This document shows, piece after piece, positions 11,269-24,860 of a DNA stretch of 61,637 nucleotides. Position numbers and translations under genes: made by a program. The stretch is from assembly GCA_001938485.1 (NCBI GenBank), contig MQRK01240227.1, positions 37,959-99,595 on the forward strand, given 5' to 3'. Position 1 is the first letter of the stretch; each line of letters starts with the position of its first letter. A model generated the notes under the pieces. It saw only the letters and a program-made list of their open reading frames with translations. It was not told the DNA's origin and ran no database searches. The DNA is from Girardia tigrina (taxonomy: Eukaryota).

Positions 11269-14200
11269 TAAAAAAAACTGCATTCCTTTTGCAACAACCT
11301 AATACATCCGTTTAATGTCGTTCTAAATTTACAAACATCTAGTATTAAAGCTCATAAAATCACATTGTATTAAGTAAAGTACATGGCTATATCTCTCAGA
11401 TTTCAAGTTTTTTATATTGCTGATTTTAGTTTTAAATATTAAGAATCATTTAAACATATCAATAAATTCGAAAAATGTGGTAAATTATTTGAAATGAATT
11501 TCTTGAGTGAAAATGGTTTCATTCGCGGATCTATTTACACTATTGTTACTTTGTTTATCTGTTATCATTGATCCATATTCTTCTGTTTTTGTATTTAAAA
11601 ATAAATTTAATTAATTAAATTAATTGAATTAAATTTAAATTAATTGAAATGTAATATAAATAATTTGTAATTATTAGTTAATTAATTTGTATACTTGTAA
11701 AAAATGTGACTAAGAAATTTTTTACAATAAAGTAAAATTTTAAAAAAAATATGGGCTTGGGTCCAAGATAAGAACTACAAGGAAGTTGATTTAGAAAACA
11801 AAGTAACATGTGAATAGGTATTACACAAACGAGACATTAATCGTGTGATAGGGTATTCATTGCTTGTAAAAACGCCATTGTTTTTATCAACAATTAAAAT
11901 ATTGTAAGGGGTGACTGTACAGATGTAACGGCTACAAACAACCTCCTGCGTTTCTTCTTAACCAAGCCAAATTATCATAATTTTCTGAGAGAGAAGAATT
12001 TAATTTTAACAATTTTTGTTCTAATTATCCATTAGTTAAGCCGCCTACCCAATGTCTCCGGCCCTCTCCGAATAATCATAGAACAATTCAATTCTATGGA
12101 TATGTAAATTCAATTGGTAAATTATGTAGAGAGCAACTAAGAGCTTTATTACAGTAAAATTTAATTTCAAGTTCTCTTTCGCAAGACTTCTTTTCATTCA
12201 ATATAAATCCAATTAAAATTTTCAATAAAAATATTCATATTTTCGATTACCTTCTGTTTTTTTCGCTTTGGGATAGTTGAAGTTTTTGAGGTTGGACTTC
12301 ATTTATTTAGTATTTCTCTACGTTATCTTTAAATCTTTTTGATAATCACGTTTTTTGAATGACCTTTTACACTTGGCATAATTTAATTTGGTTTGTATTC
12401 ATGGTTATACATCATCATTTGCATCTTTGAATTGATGATGATGTCAGTTTCTTTTGGGTGCTATCTGGAAAAATATTTGATTTTTTTGGTAAATTCAATT
12501 GAATGTTCAATGATCACAAATTTTCTGAAGAATGGAGACATTAAGAATGGAGACATTAACATTAAGTTGCATATTATAATCCAATTTTTTTAGTTTGATA
12601 CTTTATCTTCATCTTAAACTCGATTGATTTTTCTCGATAAATAATACATTTATAAAAGTTACTTTTGCAACAAGTTTCTGAATTACATTTGCAAAACCTT
12701 TTCAATGTACGTATCATCCGCGATGCTGAGAGAACTTTTTTATTTTTTATCCTTTAACCATAAATGTTTTACTTGTTGATCTATGGAAGTTTGTTCACGA
12801 ATATTATATATTGTTATGTTAATGTTATGTTTGAATATTATTCAAAAGAATATCATGTTGAGCTTGGAAATGGTTTATAACTCATTATCAAAGTAGTGAT
12901 TTATTAATTAATTTATGTACTATGTATTCTTTTGAGTACATAATTCGAGAATTCTCATGACTGATAGAAACATATAAAGGTAAGTTTATAACATGAATTT
13001 TAATATTATTTGGATAATATTAGTCAATCAATACTTAATATTTCTTTTACGAGAACTTTTGTAAAATTAATTTTTATCTGTTATGTTTATTTAAAAGTTA
13101 AACTGACTACTAACATTTACAAATTATTTTGCACATTCATAAATTAGGATTATTGTGTCGTCGAAATAAGGATTCTTTTGTATAACGAATAGTTATGAAT
13201 TGTGTCAATCTGTAGTCGATCACCTTATGTGGCTCAATTATTGTAAACGCGTTATTATTTATAACTAAATAGGTTTTAAATTAAACAAATATCTTTTGAT
13301 AAATAACAAACGGAGGGAGATATTTAGATTGCATAAATAATATTGTGCGATCCTTAACTCATATAGCAGTTTTATCCTTCTTATAATTTTAATATTTGTT
13401 AATGTTCGTTGAAACTAAACTGTGATGTATATAAAATATGGGAAACTATATATATAATTATGAGGGGTTAATTTTAAATTTTTATCTCGCCTGAATAGTT
13501 TATTATTTAATTTAAAGGGTAAAATATTTTTATGTTAATTTGCTTATTAAATATTTTAAAAATTAAAAATTATATAATAACAGAAAATCATAAAAAAAGT
13601 AAAATATTTATTTAAAAATAAAAAATATCTTTAATGTATCTAAATAATATTAAATATCTTAAAATTAAAAATGTCAAGAAAACAAAAATATTAAATATTT
13701 NNNNNNNNNNNNNNNNNNNNNNNNNNNNNNNNNNNNNNNNNNNNNNNNNNTTAAAATTAAAAATGTCAAGAAAACAAAAATATTAAATATTTATTTATAA
13801 ATAAAAATATTTTTAATAAGCATATTTTGAAAATAAAGTTTAAATAATTTTTTTGAAATAAATTTTCAGTATTTTAAAAATTAAATCGAAAAGAATTTAA
13901 TAGATTAATTTGGGTCGAGATAATTAATTTAAATTAACAGGAAAATTTGTTTTAGAAATGTGAATTGTTATAGTAATAAATTTTGGTGTTTAAAAAAAAT
14001 GAATTCTGATATAGACGTTGCAACCACTGCTCACAATAATATTTGTCTAAAAAGTGTATGTTTGTTTGTTTGTCGGTCACACTATTAAATGTGAAATGGC
14101 GGAGGAACCGGAGTGAATCCATTTAAGGACGTAGTCAATCTGGATAGCCCGAATCGAGAAAATTTTGTCAGTGCAGTGCCTTCACCGAAAGACGCTGGGA

Positions 14201-14944
14201 AGCCGAAGAAATCGACCGAAAACCGTGTTGGTCTAACAATTGTTAAATCAACACCGCATTCGAATAATGCCAATTAGGATAATTCCTACAAGGAATTTCG
14301 TGAGAATATTATTAAAAATACTAATAATACATTAATTCAATTGACAAATGACGATTTCTATCACTTATTTACTAATTATTTTACTAAAAATCAATTTAGA
14401 TTAAATTTGCAATTTTTTTTATCATCTGAATCACTGTTTGTCGGTCAAGCTCAAATTTTACTATGATCATATATATGCAGATAAAATGTGAAATGGTGAA
14501 CGAACAGGGAGTGAATCCACGTAAAGTTGAGGTTAATCTACATAGGCCACATTGAGACGGTTCTGTCTGTGCAGCGCTTTCGCTCAAAGGTACCGGGAGC
14601 CGACTTAATTGACTGACTGTTTAATCAACACAGAATTTGAAACAATAAATAATAAATTATAATAATTACGATTTAAAAATTAAAACAGAAACTTTCAAAG
14701 ACGAAAATTCAGCTCACCCTTCATATATGACGGGTCTTTTTCTAGTTTTTCAATTTTGTGAAAAATAATCTCACAAATATCTTTCAATCATTTCTTTTCA
14801 GTCACATTACTTTTCAGAACCATCAAATCATTTTTTTATTTTAATTTTTTATCACACTGTTCAATCTATTCGCACATATCAATAATTCAACAATATTAAT
14901 TAAAGTTTAATTTTTGGATTTTTAATTTTCAAAAATTTTGATTA

Positions 14945-15944
14945 TCCTGAAATCTCGTTATAAGCCTTAGGCTTAGTAGAGAAAAAAAGTTTTTTTTCAG
15001 CTTGGTAGAGGCTTAGTAAAAAATAGAGGCTTAGTATCAAGTAGAGGTTTAGAAAAGAAATTAGAAAAATTAATTCAAAATATTTTTTATTTTAATATAA
15101 AAACGTAAATCTGATCTTTATCATCATTTTCTTCATCACTTCCAAAGTTTCTCTCATCCGTTAAAATGTCAATGAGTTGATCACGAATTTCTTCATCATT
15201 AGTTTCCATGTCATCATCGTTATCATCTGGGTCTTCTTTGGAGACTTGATCAATTTCTTCTTCATCATCACCGTAGAATTTGATTGTTGTCCTTTTGAAA
15301 CCACTTGTAATTGTTGAGACTGGAACTTTATTCCATGCTCCTGAAATCCATTTTGTAGTTTCTTCGTATGATACACGCTTTAAATTTCCAGATTTTGTGT
15401 AATTTTTGTAACTGTTTATGAGCCAATTTTTCTACCTGCTTCGAAGACGTGATTTGAACGATTTATTGACACTGATATCTAAGACTTGTAGTTTTTTAGT
15501 TAGACCTCCTGGAATCATAGCCATCAAAGTACCACTGCGATGGAATTTTTCCTTCATGTTATCAGTTTTATGACCAGGAGCACCATTGAGCATATGTAAT
15601 GATTTACGATTGAACATTACATTTTTTCGCTTCATCCAAATTGCTTCATTTCAAAGTAGAGTTTCTGAAGCAGTCATATATGATTTTTCATTGGCCGAGA
15701 CGAGCTTCGAGCTTGTAATTCAACGTATAAGACTGCCGTTTTTGTGATGACATTTTAATTACCCTAAACTTTTTAAATTAATTATTCAATAACAGGGATT
15801 TTATATTAAAAATCAAATACGAAGACTTTAGATAAAAATTCAGGTAGCAGCTTAATAAAGAAATTAGAAAAATTATGATGACCGAAATTATTTACTAAGC
15901 CTCGGGCTTTATAACGAGTAGATGCATATAACGAGATTTCAGGG
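14945..15944 (-). mobile_element. Internally deleted pogo-like element
   Basis: TIR cctgaaatctcgttata/tataacgagatttcaggg with TA flanks; DDE_1 motif IPGGLTKKLQVLDISVNKSFK. Confidence 0.9.
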
Positions 15945-16199
15945 TACTAAACTAAATAATATCAATAGAATATTTTTCCATTAATGAAGAATATTTAAAA
16001 GTGAATCAATATAGTTTTTAAAATAAAATAATTAAGTAAATGTATTCCTTGTTTTTTAATTAAAAATTTTTCTTTTCAAAAGTTCCCTATATTTTTTATT
16101 TTTTGTAACATGGTCTCACAGAACATATCAATTGATATGGATCTTATCTACCTTGTTATAGGAGGGATACCCGTATATAAATAAATAAAATTTTTGATA

Positions 16200-16972
16200 A
16201 TTTATTTGTAACTCACAGAAGAACACAAATTTTTAAGCGATATTCCATACTGGTTTTGAATGATAACAGCCACCTTTCAGATAATTACAAGTCAGAATCA
16301 TCAATTTTCATCTTGAGCTTCAAAGATGCCACTTCTTGTCGAACCATTTCATCACAGATAATAATATCTTCCTGGTTTTTATATAACAGTCTCTTAGCAT
16401 CTCATCAAATTTTGCGTGCTTAGGTTTGTTTAAAACGCACACTATCCTTCTTTATAAATTTCCTTTCAGAAAAGTCTCTTAATTTTTAATATTGTACTTC
16501 TGTTTATACTCTTCACGAAATTGTTTTGTACCCATTCAACCATTTTTCCCGTGTAACATTCTTTTCCGTTGCATGATTTATTGGCTTAAGTTTCTCATCA
16601 TTTATCAAAGAAATGTTTCTTTAACATTCAAATTTTCCGATTTGTTAAAATTTTTCATATTGGAAGTGTTAGGCTATTCGTCTTTCTAAACTGAAAAATA
16701 AATTACTACCAATAAATAAACTCTTATAATTATCAGAATTCAAAATGTATTTATTACAAAACAGTTTATTAAAACAAGATTTTATCATTTTAAATAAAAA
16801 AATGCTGTTTTTTATTAAATAGTAAAAACTAATTTTACAAGGATTATGTTTTTAAGACTGAAATTATAAAAAAATTCTATCTTAACACGGTGACTTTTTG
16901 GTTTTGTCACTTTGTCTGTGAAATTACATAGTTTGTGAAATAATAGCGGGTGGATTTATAGAGTGTTTACTG
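16200..16972 (-). mobile_element. Tigger/pogo remnant (CENP-B-type HTH region plus one TIR)
   Basis: Broken frames reading KPKHAKFDEML...DEMVRQEVASLK...LSERWLLSFK..YGISLK; terminus cagtaaacactctataaatcc near 16972. Confidence 0.6.
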
Positions 16973-17117
16973 TATCCTAAACTTATACGTAATTGATGAC
17001 ATATGTAAAACATATTTTAATGAGAATTATTTAAGTTAGGTTTAATTTCGTTACAAACTTTTCTTGTATAAAAGTACGAACTTAAGTTATAATAATTAAT
17101 TCGTATAATTCTGTTGG

Positions 17118-17520
17118 CCAAGTAGAGTTCTGCTCGCATAAAGAATAGACAGAAAAAGCTTTTTACCATGTTTTTTTTACCACGTTTTTCTTAACTTACT
17201 TTCTTGTATGTCTGTCTGTCTGTTTGTTTGTAAATCTTGCGATTGATTTTTCTACCACTTTCAGTCATCCAATTGAGCTGAATTTTTTTATACAGGCTTG
17301 GTTCCGATAACAATACAATTTGATAAAAAAAATTTTGAAAAAAAATAATTTTTTCTAATTTTTTTTGCAAAAAAACACTTCAAATTCAAAGCAATCCAAT
17401 ACCGGTGCTTGTTTTGTACTCTTTGTCGAAACCCATTCAAAATTCGCCATATCGCTGTTGAAGGCGTAACCCAAGCTTTATTTAGAATTAAGTAAACCAG
17501 ATTTCTTCGATAATACTATC
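17118..17520 (+). mobile_element. DINE-1/HINE-like sequences (one 3' end followed by another 5' end)
   Basis: aagtagagttctgctcgcataaagaat matches 54219-54247; it is followed by taacttactttct and a (tgtc)n microsatellite, as at 53771. Confidence 0.55.
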
Positions 17521-17806
17521 GATAATAATCCTAATAATAATAGTAATTATAATAGTTATAATAACAGTAATAAAGGACAATTTATTAATTATGCTTTTTA
17601 TTTTAAAAATGTGCATTTCATTAGGTAAAATAACAATTAAGTAAAATTTATTTAGGCGAACTGTCAATTAGGCGAAACGTTAATTGGGCGAATCACCTAT
17701 TAATCCGTAAAATCATTATTTTTTAATTTTTAATTTTTTATCAAATAATTATTTTTTTAGCTAGCTAACTTGACGTTTTCTTGTGAAATAAGAGGCCACA
17801 ACAGTA

Positions 17807-20327
17807 ATGAAGAGAGTCAAACAGAGCGGGGCGTCATTCCATATGAAGTAAAAAACTGTGGAAGAGGAATCAAAAAAGAATGAAAGGGCACTGCTGAAAT
17901 TCATCCAAAGGATCTCATCGCCTACGAACAAAGTGATGGATACGGAGGACGATAATCTAATAGAGACTGGAGATAAATTTGATATTGCTAATGCTACAAT
18001 TGAAGTCGATACTGCTACTGTGGAAGGCGAAGGTGACATTGATGCAGAAGTTTGTGAGAGCGAAATTGAAGCACAAGAAATGCAACAATTAATCACTCTG
18101 AAAACAGACTTTGTAAGTGATTTTACGGACATTGGTCTTTGACCAGTTAAGATTAGTCATGAAATTTGCGCTATGCTTGTTCGTCAAGGATATACTTCTA
18201 TGCAGCACCTTCATTGTGAATTCAAAGAAGTACCACGACCAGGCACAAGCACAATAGGTGACACTAGAAAGCTAACCAAAAAATGGTTTTTTTCGTGATC
18301 TACGGAACGGAGAGAAAAGTATGAGAACATGGATGGTGTATTCTCCTTCAAAGGAGGCCCTGTTCTGCTTTTGCTGCAGACTGTTTTCGGTTGGGCTGTC
18401 TAGTTTTTCTGCTGAAGAAGGCTTTAAGAACTGGTGGAAATTAAATTCTAAGGTTCATGAACACGAAGTTAGCGCATCGCATGCGCAGGCATTCCTCAAG
18501 TAGAAGGAGCTAGAGATCCGGCTCACTAAAGGAAAGGCAATAAACAAAGTAAAGGAAGAATTAATTGAGAAGGAGACTAAGAAATGGCGAGAAATTCTAG
18601 CAAGATTACTGGACATCATCAGATTTCTCTCCTCGCAAAACCTGGCACTAAGGGGCCATCGAGAAGATATCCACGAAGACGGAGACCAGGAAAATAGAGG
18701 AAACTTTTTGGAATTGGTTCAATTGTTGGCCAAGTATGACCCTGTGCTCCGTGAACATTTGGTAAAAGTTAAACTGTAAGAATATCGTCACTTCCTATTT
18801 GTCACCAGAGCTTCAAAATGAATTTGTAAGCATTTTAGCACAGCAAGTGAGAAAGAAAGTCATAGCACAGGTCAAGAAGAGCAAGTATTTTTGCATAATT
18901 TTTGACAGCACTCCAGATATATATTACAAGGACCAGTTGAGCAAGATTTTACGCTACGTAAACATGGATGAAAATGAAGTGAAAGTGGAGCAGTCGTTTG
19001 TTTGATTCATCGAGACAAAGGGAAAGAACGCAAAGGAAATTTCTGAACTGATATTTAGACAACTGGAAAACGACGAGATTCAGATTAATGATTGCCGAGG
19101 CCAGACATATGACAATGCTGCTGTTATGTCTGCCCATCGAACGGGTGTCCAGAAGCGCATCTTGAAAATTAAGCCCAAAGCTCTATTTGTTCCATGCTCA
19201 AATAACTCCCTGAATTTGGCTTGCATACATGTAGCTTCCGTTGTGGTTCTATCTGTTACATGTTTTAGCAAATTTAACCGGTTGTTCTCTTTTTTTCCTC
19301 ATCTACGCATCGCTAGGATGTACTGATTCATGAGACTAGTTTAAGTATCAAGTGGGTTGTGGAAAGCAGATGGAGCACTCGAGCTAATGCTGTAAATGTG
19401 TTGGTGAAATAATTATCACAAGTCGTGACTGCTCTGGAGAAGCTCACTAAAGAAGGAGAAAATTTAATGACAAGATCAGATGCATCTTTAATCCTATCAT
19501 AAGTACTGTCATTTCCGTTTCTATCGCTTTTAAACCTTTGGAATTCCATTCTACCAGAGATCTATGATGCCTACAAGTATCTTCAAACAAAAGGGCTTGA
19601 TCTGCATCAAAGTTCTGTCCAGCTCATATCACTGAGAGATTACATTTTTGAGAATAGAGAAAAGATGGTGGACAGTGTAATGGACGAATCTAAAAAGTTC
19701 TGCTTTGAAATGGGGATAAGTATGGAGCGTCGTATTAACAAAAAGAAAAGAATGGATTGCGAGGAATCGACTGATGTTGCAATGACATTTGATGCTGAGT
19801 TGAGACAGGAAATGCTGTCTGTCGTAGACAGGTCGATAGACGAAATATATTCAAGATTTCAGCACGTTCATGATCTTGCAAACAGATATGCTGTTATTGC
19901 ACCATCGATTCTCTTTGATGATAATTACGATTGCCAACTCGGTGAAATAGAAGACGAGGTGGAGAAAGAGGAATTCTTAACCGAAAGAAGAATACTGCAA
20001 TATTTTGTCCGAGCGTCAGGAAATAACAGAATCGACGGACCTTTAGAACTTTTGAGCTTCATACAGAGATATCACCTTGGAGACTCCGTCCCTAATATTG
20101 TGATTTTGCTGCGCATCTTTCTTACCCGGGCTATTAGCGTTGGCAGCTGCGAACGCTCGTTTTCCAAATTAAAGCTCATTAAGAACTATCTCCGATCTAC
20201 AATGAGCCAATCAAGGCTTACAGACTTGGCAGTCCTCTCCATGAAGAGGGAGCTTACTGCTGAACTGAATTTTGATACTGTTATCAATAAATTTGCAGAA
20301 ATAAAAGTGCGAAAAGTTCGCTTGTAA
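17807..20327 (+). pseudogene. hAT transposase pseudogene (ZMYM1-like: TTF zinc finger, DUF4371, hATC)
   Basis: RTWMVYSPSKEALFCFCCRLF, QNLALRGHRE, NRGNFLELV, IIFDSTPD, CRGQTYDNAAVM, SCERSFSKLKLIKNYLRSTMSQSRL; many stops and frameshifts. Confidence 0.93.
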
Positions 20328-20551
20328 ATTGTAAATAAAATTGTAAATTTTGAAATGACTTCGTTACTTGGTAATTTTTAGTATGAGAATAAGAGTATTG
20401 CAAGAAAAATATGAAATTAAAGNNNNNNNNNNNNNNNNNNNNNNNNNNNNNNNNNNNNNNNNNNNNNNNNNNNNNNNNNNNNNNNNNNNNNNNNNNNNNN
20501 NNNNNNNNNNNNNNNNNNNNNNNNNNNNNNNNNNNNNNNNNNNNNNNNNNN

Positions 20552-20592
<41 letters not shown>

Positions 20593-21400
20593 GTATCCAT
20601 GGAATTTAGAAACCTGGTTTCGAAGGCTTTTACTCAAAATAAAAAAAAATATTTAAAAAAATGAACAAAAATAAAGAAACTATTTTTGAAGGCTCTTTTA
20701 TCACTTCTCTCTCGCCTTTTACTAATGAAATATTAAACATATCGCCTTAGACGAGCAAAATTTAATGACACTAAATTTAATAATTGAAAAATTAATTAAT
20801 ATAACTATCCAATCGATCAGTGCGACCAAATGAATGAAAAAAATCAAATTCTGAGAGTTTATCGATAAAAATAATTCATTAGGAATCAGCGCGACGAGGC
20901 GCATCCAATGATACTCCTCTACCGCCGATTAATGCAGAAAAAGTGGCTGAATTGATCGAGAAAAGTGTGATTTCAATTATTGAAAAATCAACTAAAATTG
21001 AAATGAAGAAAAATGAAGCATTAAAGAAAAAATAACTAATCCAGGATCAGCGCCACGAGGCGAATTCAATGACACCCATCAGCCGACGATTGATAAAGGA
21101 AAAGTTACTGAATCGATTGAGAGAAGTATCGATAATTTGGTTAAAAAATCAATAAATAAATCAGATATATATTTGCAAAGTTTTTTTATACAATGCTAAG
21201 TTTTTATTTTAAAAATTTTAAGTTTTTTTTAATAACAATGCTAAGTTATTTAATAAAATGCTAAGTAATTAATTTTTTAAAATTAATTTTTAGCTTTAAA
21301 AAAAACCTAAAAAAAATTAATTAAATACCCATTAATTTTGAAATATTAAATTTGTTTAAATAAGTAAGTCTATTGTAAGTAATTCAATTGCTGCTTATTA
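20552..21400 (+). mobile_element. Probable HINE-like element with (TA)n and internal repeats
   Basis: (TA)n then ccatggaatttagaaacctg as at 53927; repeated atcagcgc.acgaggcg.at.caatga motifs (20885, 21047); aagtaagt plus a hairpin near 21362-21397. Confidence 0.5.
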
Positions 21401-21434
21401 ATTATTCGTCTACCAAGGAATATGTTGATATAAA

Positions 21435-22553
21435 ATGGGTAAATGTTGCATTTTTTCGAACCGTAATGGTAAAGAAGGCTATCAAGCTGAGCGAGTATCG
21501 ATTATTGTTTTTTTCTCTTTTCTATCAATTCAATTTGCCGATTCGATTAATCGATTGATTACTGATTTTATTAGGTTCTAGAAGGATCTCCGGGTCACAA
21601 GGCCGGGTTGCAGGTGTTCATCGATTTCGTTGTGGCCCTGGATGATAGGTCGTCGATGAATTGAGATGATGATCGATATAAACGATCAATAATTGGTGAA
21701 ATACCGCAATGTTTTCCGTTGGAATAGGATTGGGTGTACTTCCGTACGGGCCCAAGCAGTAATAAAAATAAAAAAATATATAAAATATATTTTATTTATA
21801 AAATATATTTTATTTATAAAATATATTTATTGATTGCGTAATTGCAAACTTCACTGACTTATTCTTCGATTTGTTTTAGAAAATTATTTATTTTTGAAAT
21901 TCAAATTGAATATTTTTTTTGGAATTGTTTTCTTTGTCTTTTAAATTATTTTCATTTAATATTTCTAATCAAAAATAAGAATAAATAAAAAATATTTTTA
22001 AAAACAAATTTAATTTAAAAATATAAAATAAGGCAGAGAAGTAAATGATTACATAATCTTTATACATAATTTTCTTTACCATTATTATTTACTCAAAAAA
22101 ATTTTAAATATATTTTTTAAAATTTTTACATTATTTTTCCTGGAATGCTGATAATATTTCACATATTTTCTTATTTTTATTTTTGCTTGCACCCGTACGG
22201 AAGTACACTCATAACTCTCTCCATTTCTGCGGAGACAAGAACGGTGCTTTACCCCATAATAATAATATTAATATCGATATTGTTTAGAGTCCGGACAAGA
22301 AGGTCCTCAACGAGCTGCTACTAGCCAACGAGGATAAGTTAATTGTTTTGAGAGTGTACAACATCAGAAACCAGAGTTACCGGAGTGTGGAGATCGTCCC
22401 GAGCCAGGATTGGGGCGGCCAGGGCCTTCTCGGTATCACTATTAACTACTGCTCGTTTGAGTGCAAGTAATGCAAGTGCTCACAATCGATCCTGATAGTC
22501 CGGTCTAGTTGGCCGGGTTGAAAGAAAACACTGATTACGTCATGTGTAATAAT
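21435..22553 (+). pseudogene. GORASP: GRASP55/65 (Golgi reassembly-stacking protein) pseudogene, first three exons with introns
   Basis: Exon 21435-21494 MGKCC...KEGYQAER; 80-nt GT-AG intron; exon from 21575 VLEGSPGHKAGLQVFIDFVV; exon from about 22288 LLLANEDK...VPSQDWGGQGLLGITINYCSFE, then a frameshift/deletion and DSPV*LAGLKENTDY. The second donor appears mutated. Confidence 0.88.
21732..22210. mobile_element. MITE with about 40-bp TIRs in intron 2 of the GRASP pseudogene
   Basis: gggtgtacttccgtacgggcccaagc versus gcttgcacccgtacggaagtacactc; TSD not discernible. Confidence 0.75.
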
Positions 22554-23649
22554 GTGAGTGTTATATCTCGCTATATCTTGTATCTAGAGTATTTGATTAA
22601 TTTTCATTTTGTTAAATTGTTCAAATTGTTGAGATTTTTTTCAACATCTGTTCCACTTTGACCGGATTTAAAAAAAATTCTGCCACCGGCTTTGGCAATG
22701 ACCGATTAAAAAGGCAAAACATATATTTCCCTCAATATTTCTTAAATGTTTGCAGTTTTATGTGAATAAGGTTTACGTTAAAAGGCAAATAAATTGAAAA
22801 TTCTACAGTTAAGAAGTTATTAAAAATATCGTATATGTTAGCGCTTTCTAGAAGATCAGTATTAACGACAATCGGAAAACTTATAGAATATAACTTTAAA
22901 AATGTCATTAAAAAGTGTACACAGTTGAACCAAAAGTAAAGTATTATATGGTTGAAAGAATTATTTAGTAATTATATGGAAGGAATAAATGTCTGAATAG
23001 TTAAATTAACTAAAAGCGTTAATGCAACAAAAAGATATCAAATGCACAAGTTTGCTCTCGCTATCATTCAGAAGGAAAATGGTAAATGGTTTTCGATAGT
23101 TATGAATGCTGGATATTGAAGACTTGAGAAAATGCATTTTTTAGTAATACAAGAAGTTTTGCGTGCATGTAAATGACGGGAAATAAGTAGTAGCAAAGAA
23201 TTAAAAGTATAAATCTGAATTCATGAAGCGAATTGAAAGTTCTCAAATTCTGTAATGATCTGAGGTTTTATGACTAGTGTGAGAAGTATTTCTAACATCA
23301 ATATCAGAATTCATTTTACTCAAATTATATCTTTATTATAAAACAACTTTCAAACAAATTTTCCAACTATTTTCCTAATTAATAATTAATCCGCTGATCT
23401 CTATTTCCATTTAATTTTTCATCTATTTATAATTTTAATCAAATCAAAAATAACATTCAACTTTTAAAACTTTTAAATAAAAATATGTTTTTTTAAATAT
23501 TAAAATATTATAAATATTAATAATTAAATATTAATTTTTGAAAAAAATATTTAATGTTTAAATTTGTTTTTTTACTTTAATCCTTTTATACTGTTTTTTA
23601 TATTTTTTTTTCAACTGAAATCTTATATGATGTATTTTAATTTTGCGTT

Positions 23650-24061
23650 TATTAAGAACATTTAGACAAGTCTCGTTTGAAATTTTATTACAATCACATT
23701 TAGAGTCATTATGACTCTCAGAAGGTCTTTCATCGTTTGTCATCGTTCTAATTGGTTTTCTTATTTCTATTTTTAATCATGATTATTCGAACAATTTTTC
23801 TACGTCATTTTTTAAAATATTTAACTTCTAAAAAAATATTAATTAAAAATAATAAATTTTTACCATTTCTCAATAAATCCCAAAATAATACCAATATCAT
23901 CAAATTATTAAAAATGCATTTAATTTAAATTTTACTAAAAATATTAAACTTAATTTTAATTATTAAATTAAAAATATGAACTTATACTTATACAACATAC
24001 TCAAATCAACATACAGCATCAATACATTTACACATTCAAACAAATTAAAATATTCCTCACA
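23650..24061 (-). mobile_element. Solo LTR, family B
   Basis: TGTGAGGAA...TTCTTAATA with an exact 5-bp TSD GCGTT. Confidence 0.9.
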
Positions 24062-24559
24062 GCGTTGTTTTTTTTAAAAACCATTTTTAATATTTTATTA
24101 TTTTATAAATTTTGCAATACGTTATAGTTAATATTCAATTTTTTATTTTTTAAATATTTAATTTTTAATCATTAAATTAATTTAAAATTAGAAAATACAT
24201 TTTTATAAATATTAATAAAATTTTTAATCGGATTTAAATTATTTTAAAAATACTGTTTTATCTGTTATCTGTTTTGACCAACTCATTTTAATATAAAAAT
24301 ATTATTTTAATTCAAAATAAATTTATAAATAATGTTTTTTAAATTCAAATTTAAAATACTTAATTAATTATAATTAATTTTTAAAATTTTCAATTTGATT
24401 CTAATTCAAAATAATCTTTTTTAAAACTATTTAAATTTTGATCAGCGAACCAAAAATTAATTACCTCCTCATAACTAGAAAAGATATTGGGTCGTCAAAA
24501 TCCATATTTTCAAAAAAAGTACGTATATATATTGCGTGATTCTTTAATAGATTCTTTAA

Positions 24560-24860
24560 TAATAGCTCGAGACTTACTAAAAAATTCAAACAGTTTCATT
24601 TTCAAGATGGTAATGCACCATATCACAGGTCAAAATATGTAGAGAACTATAAAATTATCTGGAATTAAGCGACTATTTTGGTCACCAAATATTGTAGATT
24701 AAAGTCACGTAGAAAACCATTGATATTTAATGCTGTCTTAACTCAAGTTAAAAATATTTGGAAATAATCTGGACTCATTTGCAATTATTTTGTAATAATG
24801 ATTATAATAATGAAATTTTATTTGCAATAAAGAATAAAATGGTGCACAAACAATCCGACT
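24560..24860 (+). mobile_element. Tc1-like transposase remnant
   Basis: FHFQDGNAPYHRSK...LFWSPN resembles the Tc1 FQQDNAP.H...WP..SPD motif. Confidence 0.55.

Larger units (their letters stand above)
8504..11302 (-). mobile_element. mariner (DD34D) element with frameshifted transposase and three nested insertions in its 5' UTR
   Basis: TIRs tttggttgttgcaaaagtaatgcag and ctgcattccttttgcaacaacctaa; motifs [37 protein letters not shown] at 8590-9606. Confidence 0.93.

Noticed and set aside
13659-13791. Direct repeat flanking a 50-N gap
   Set aside because: Same overlap artefact.
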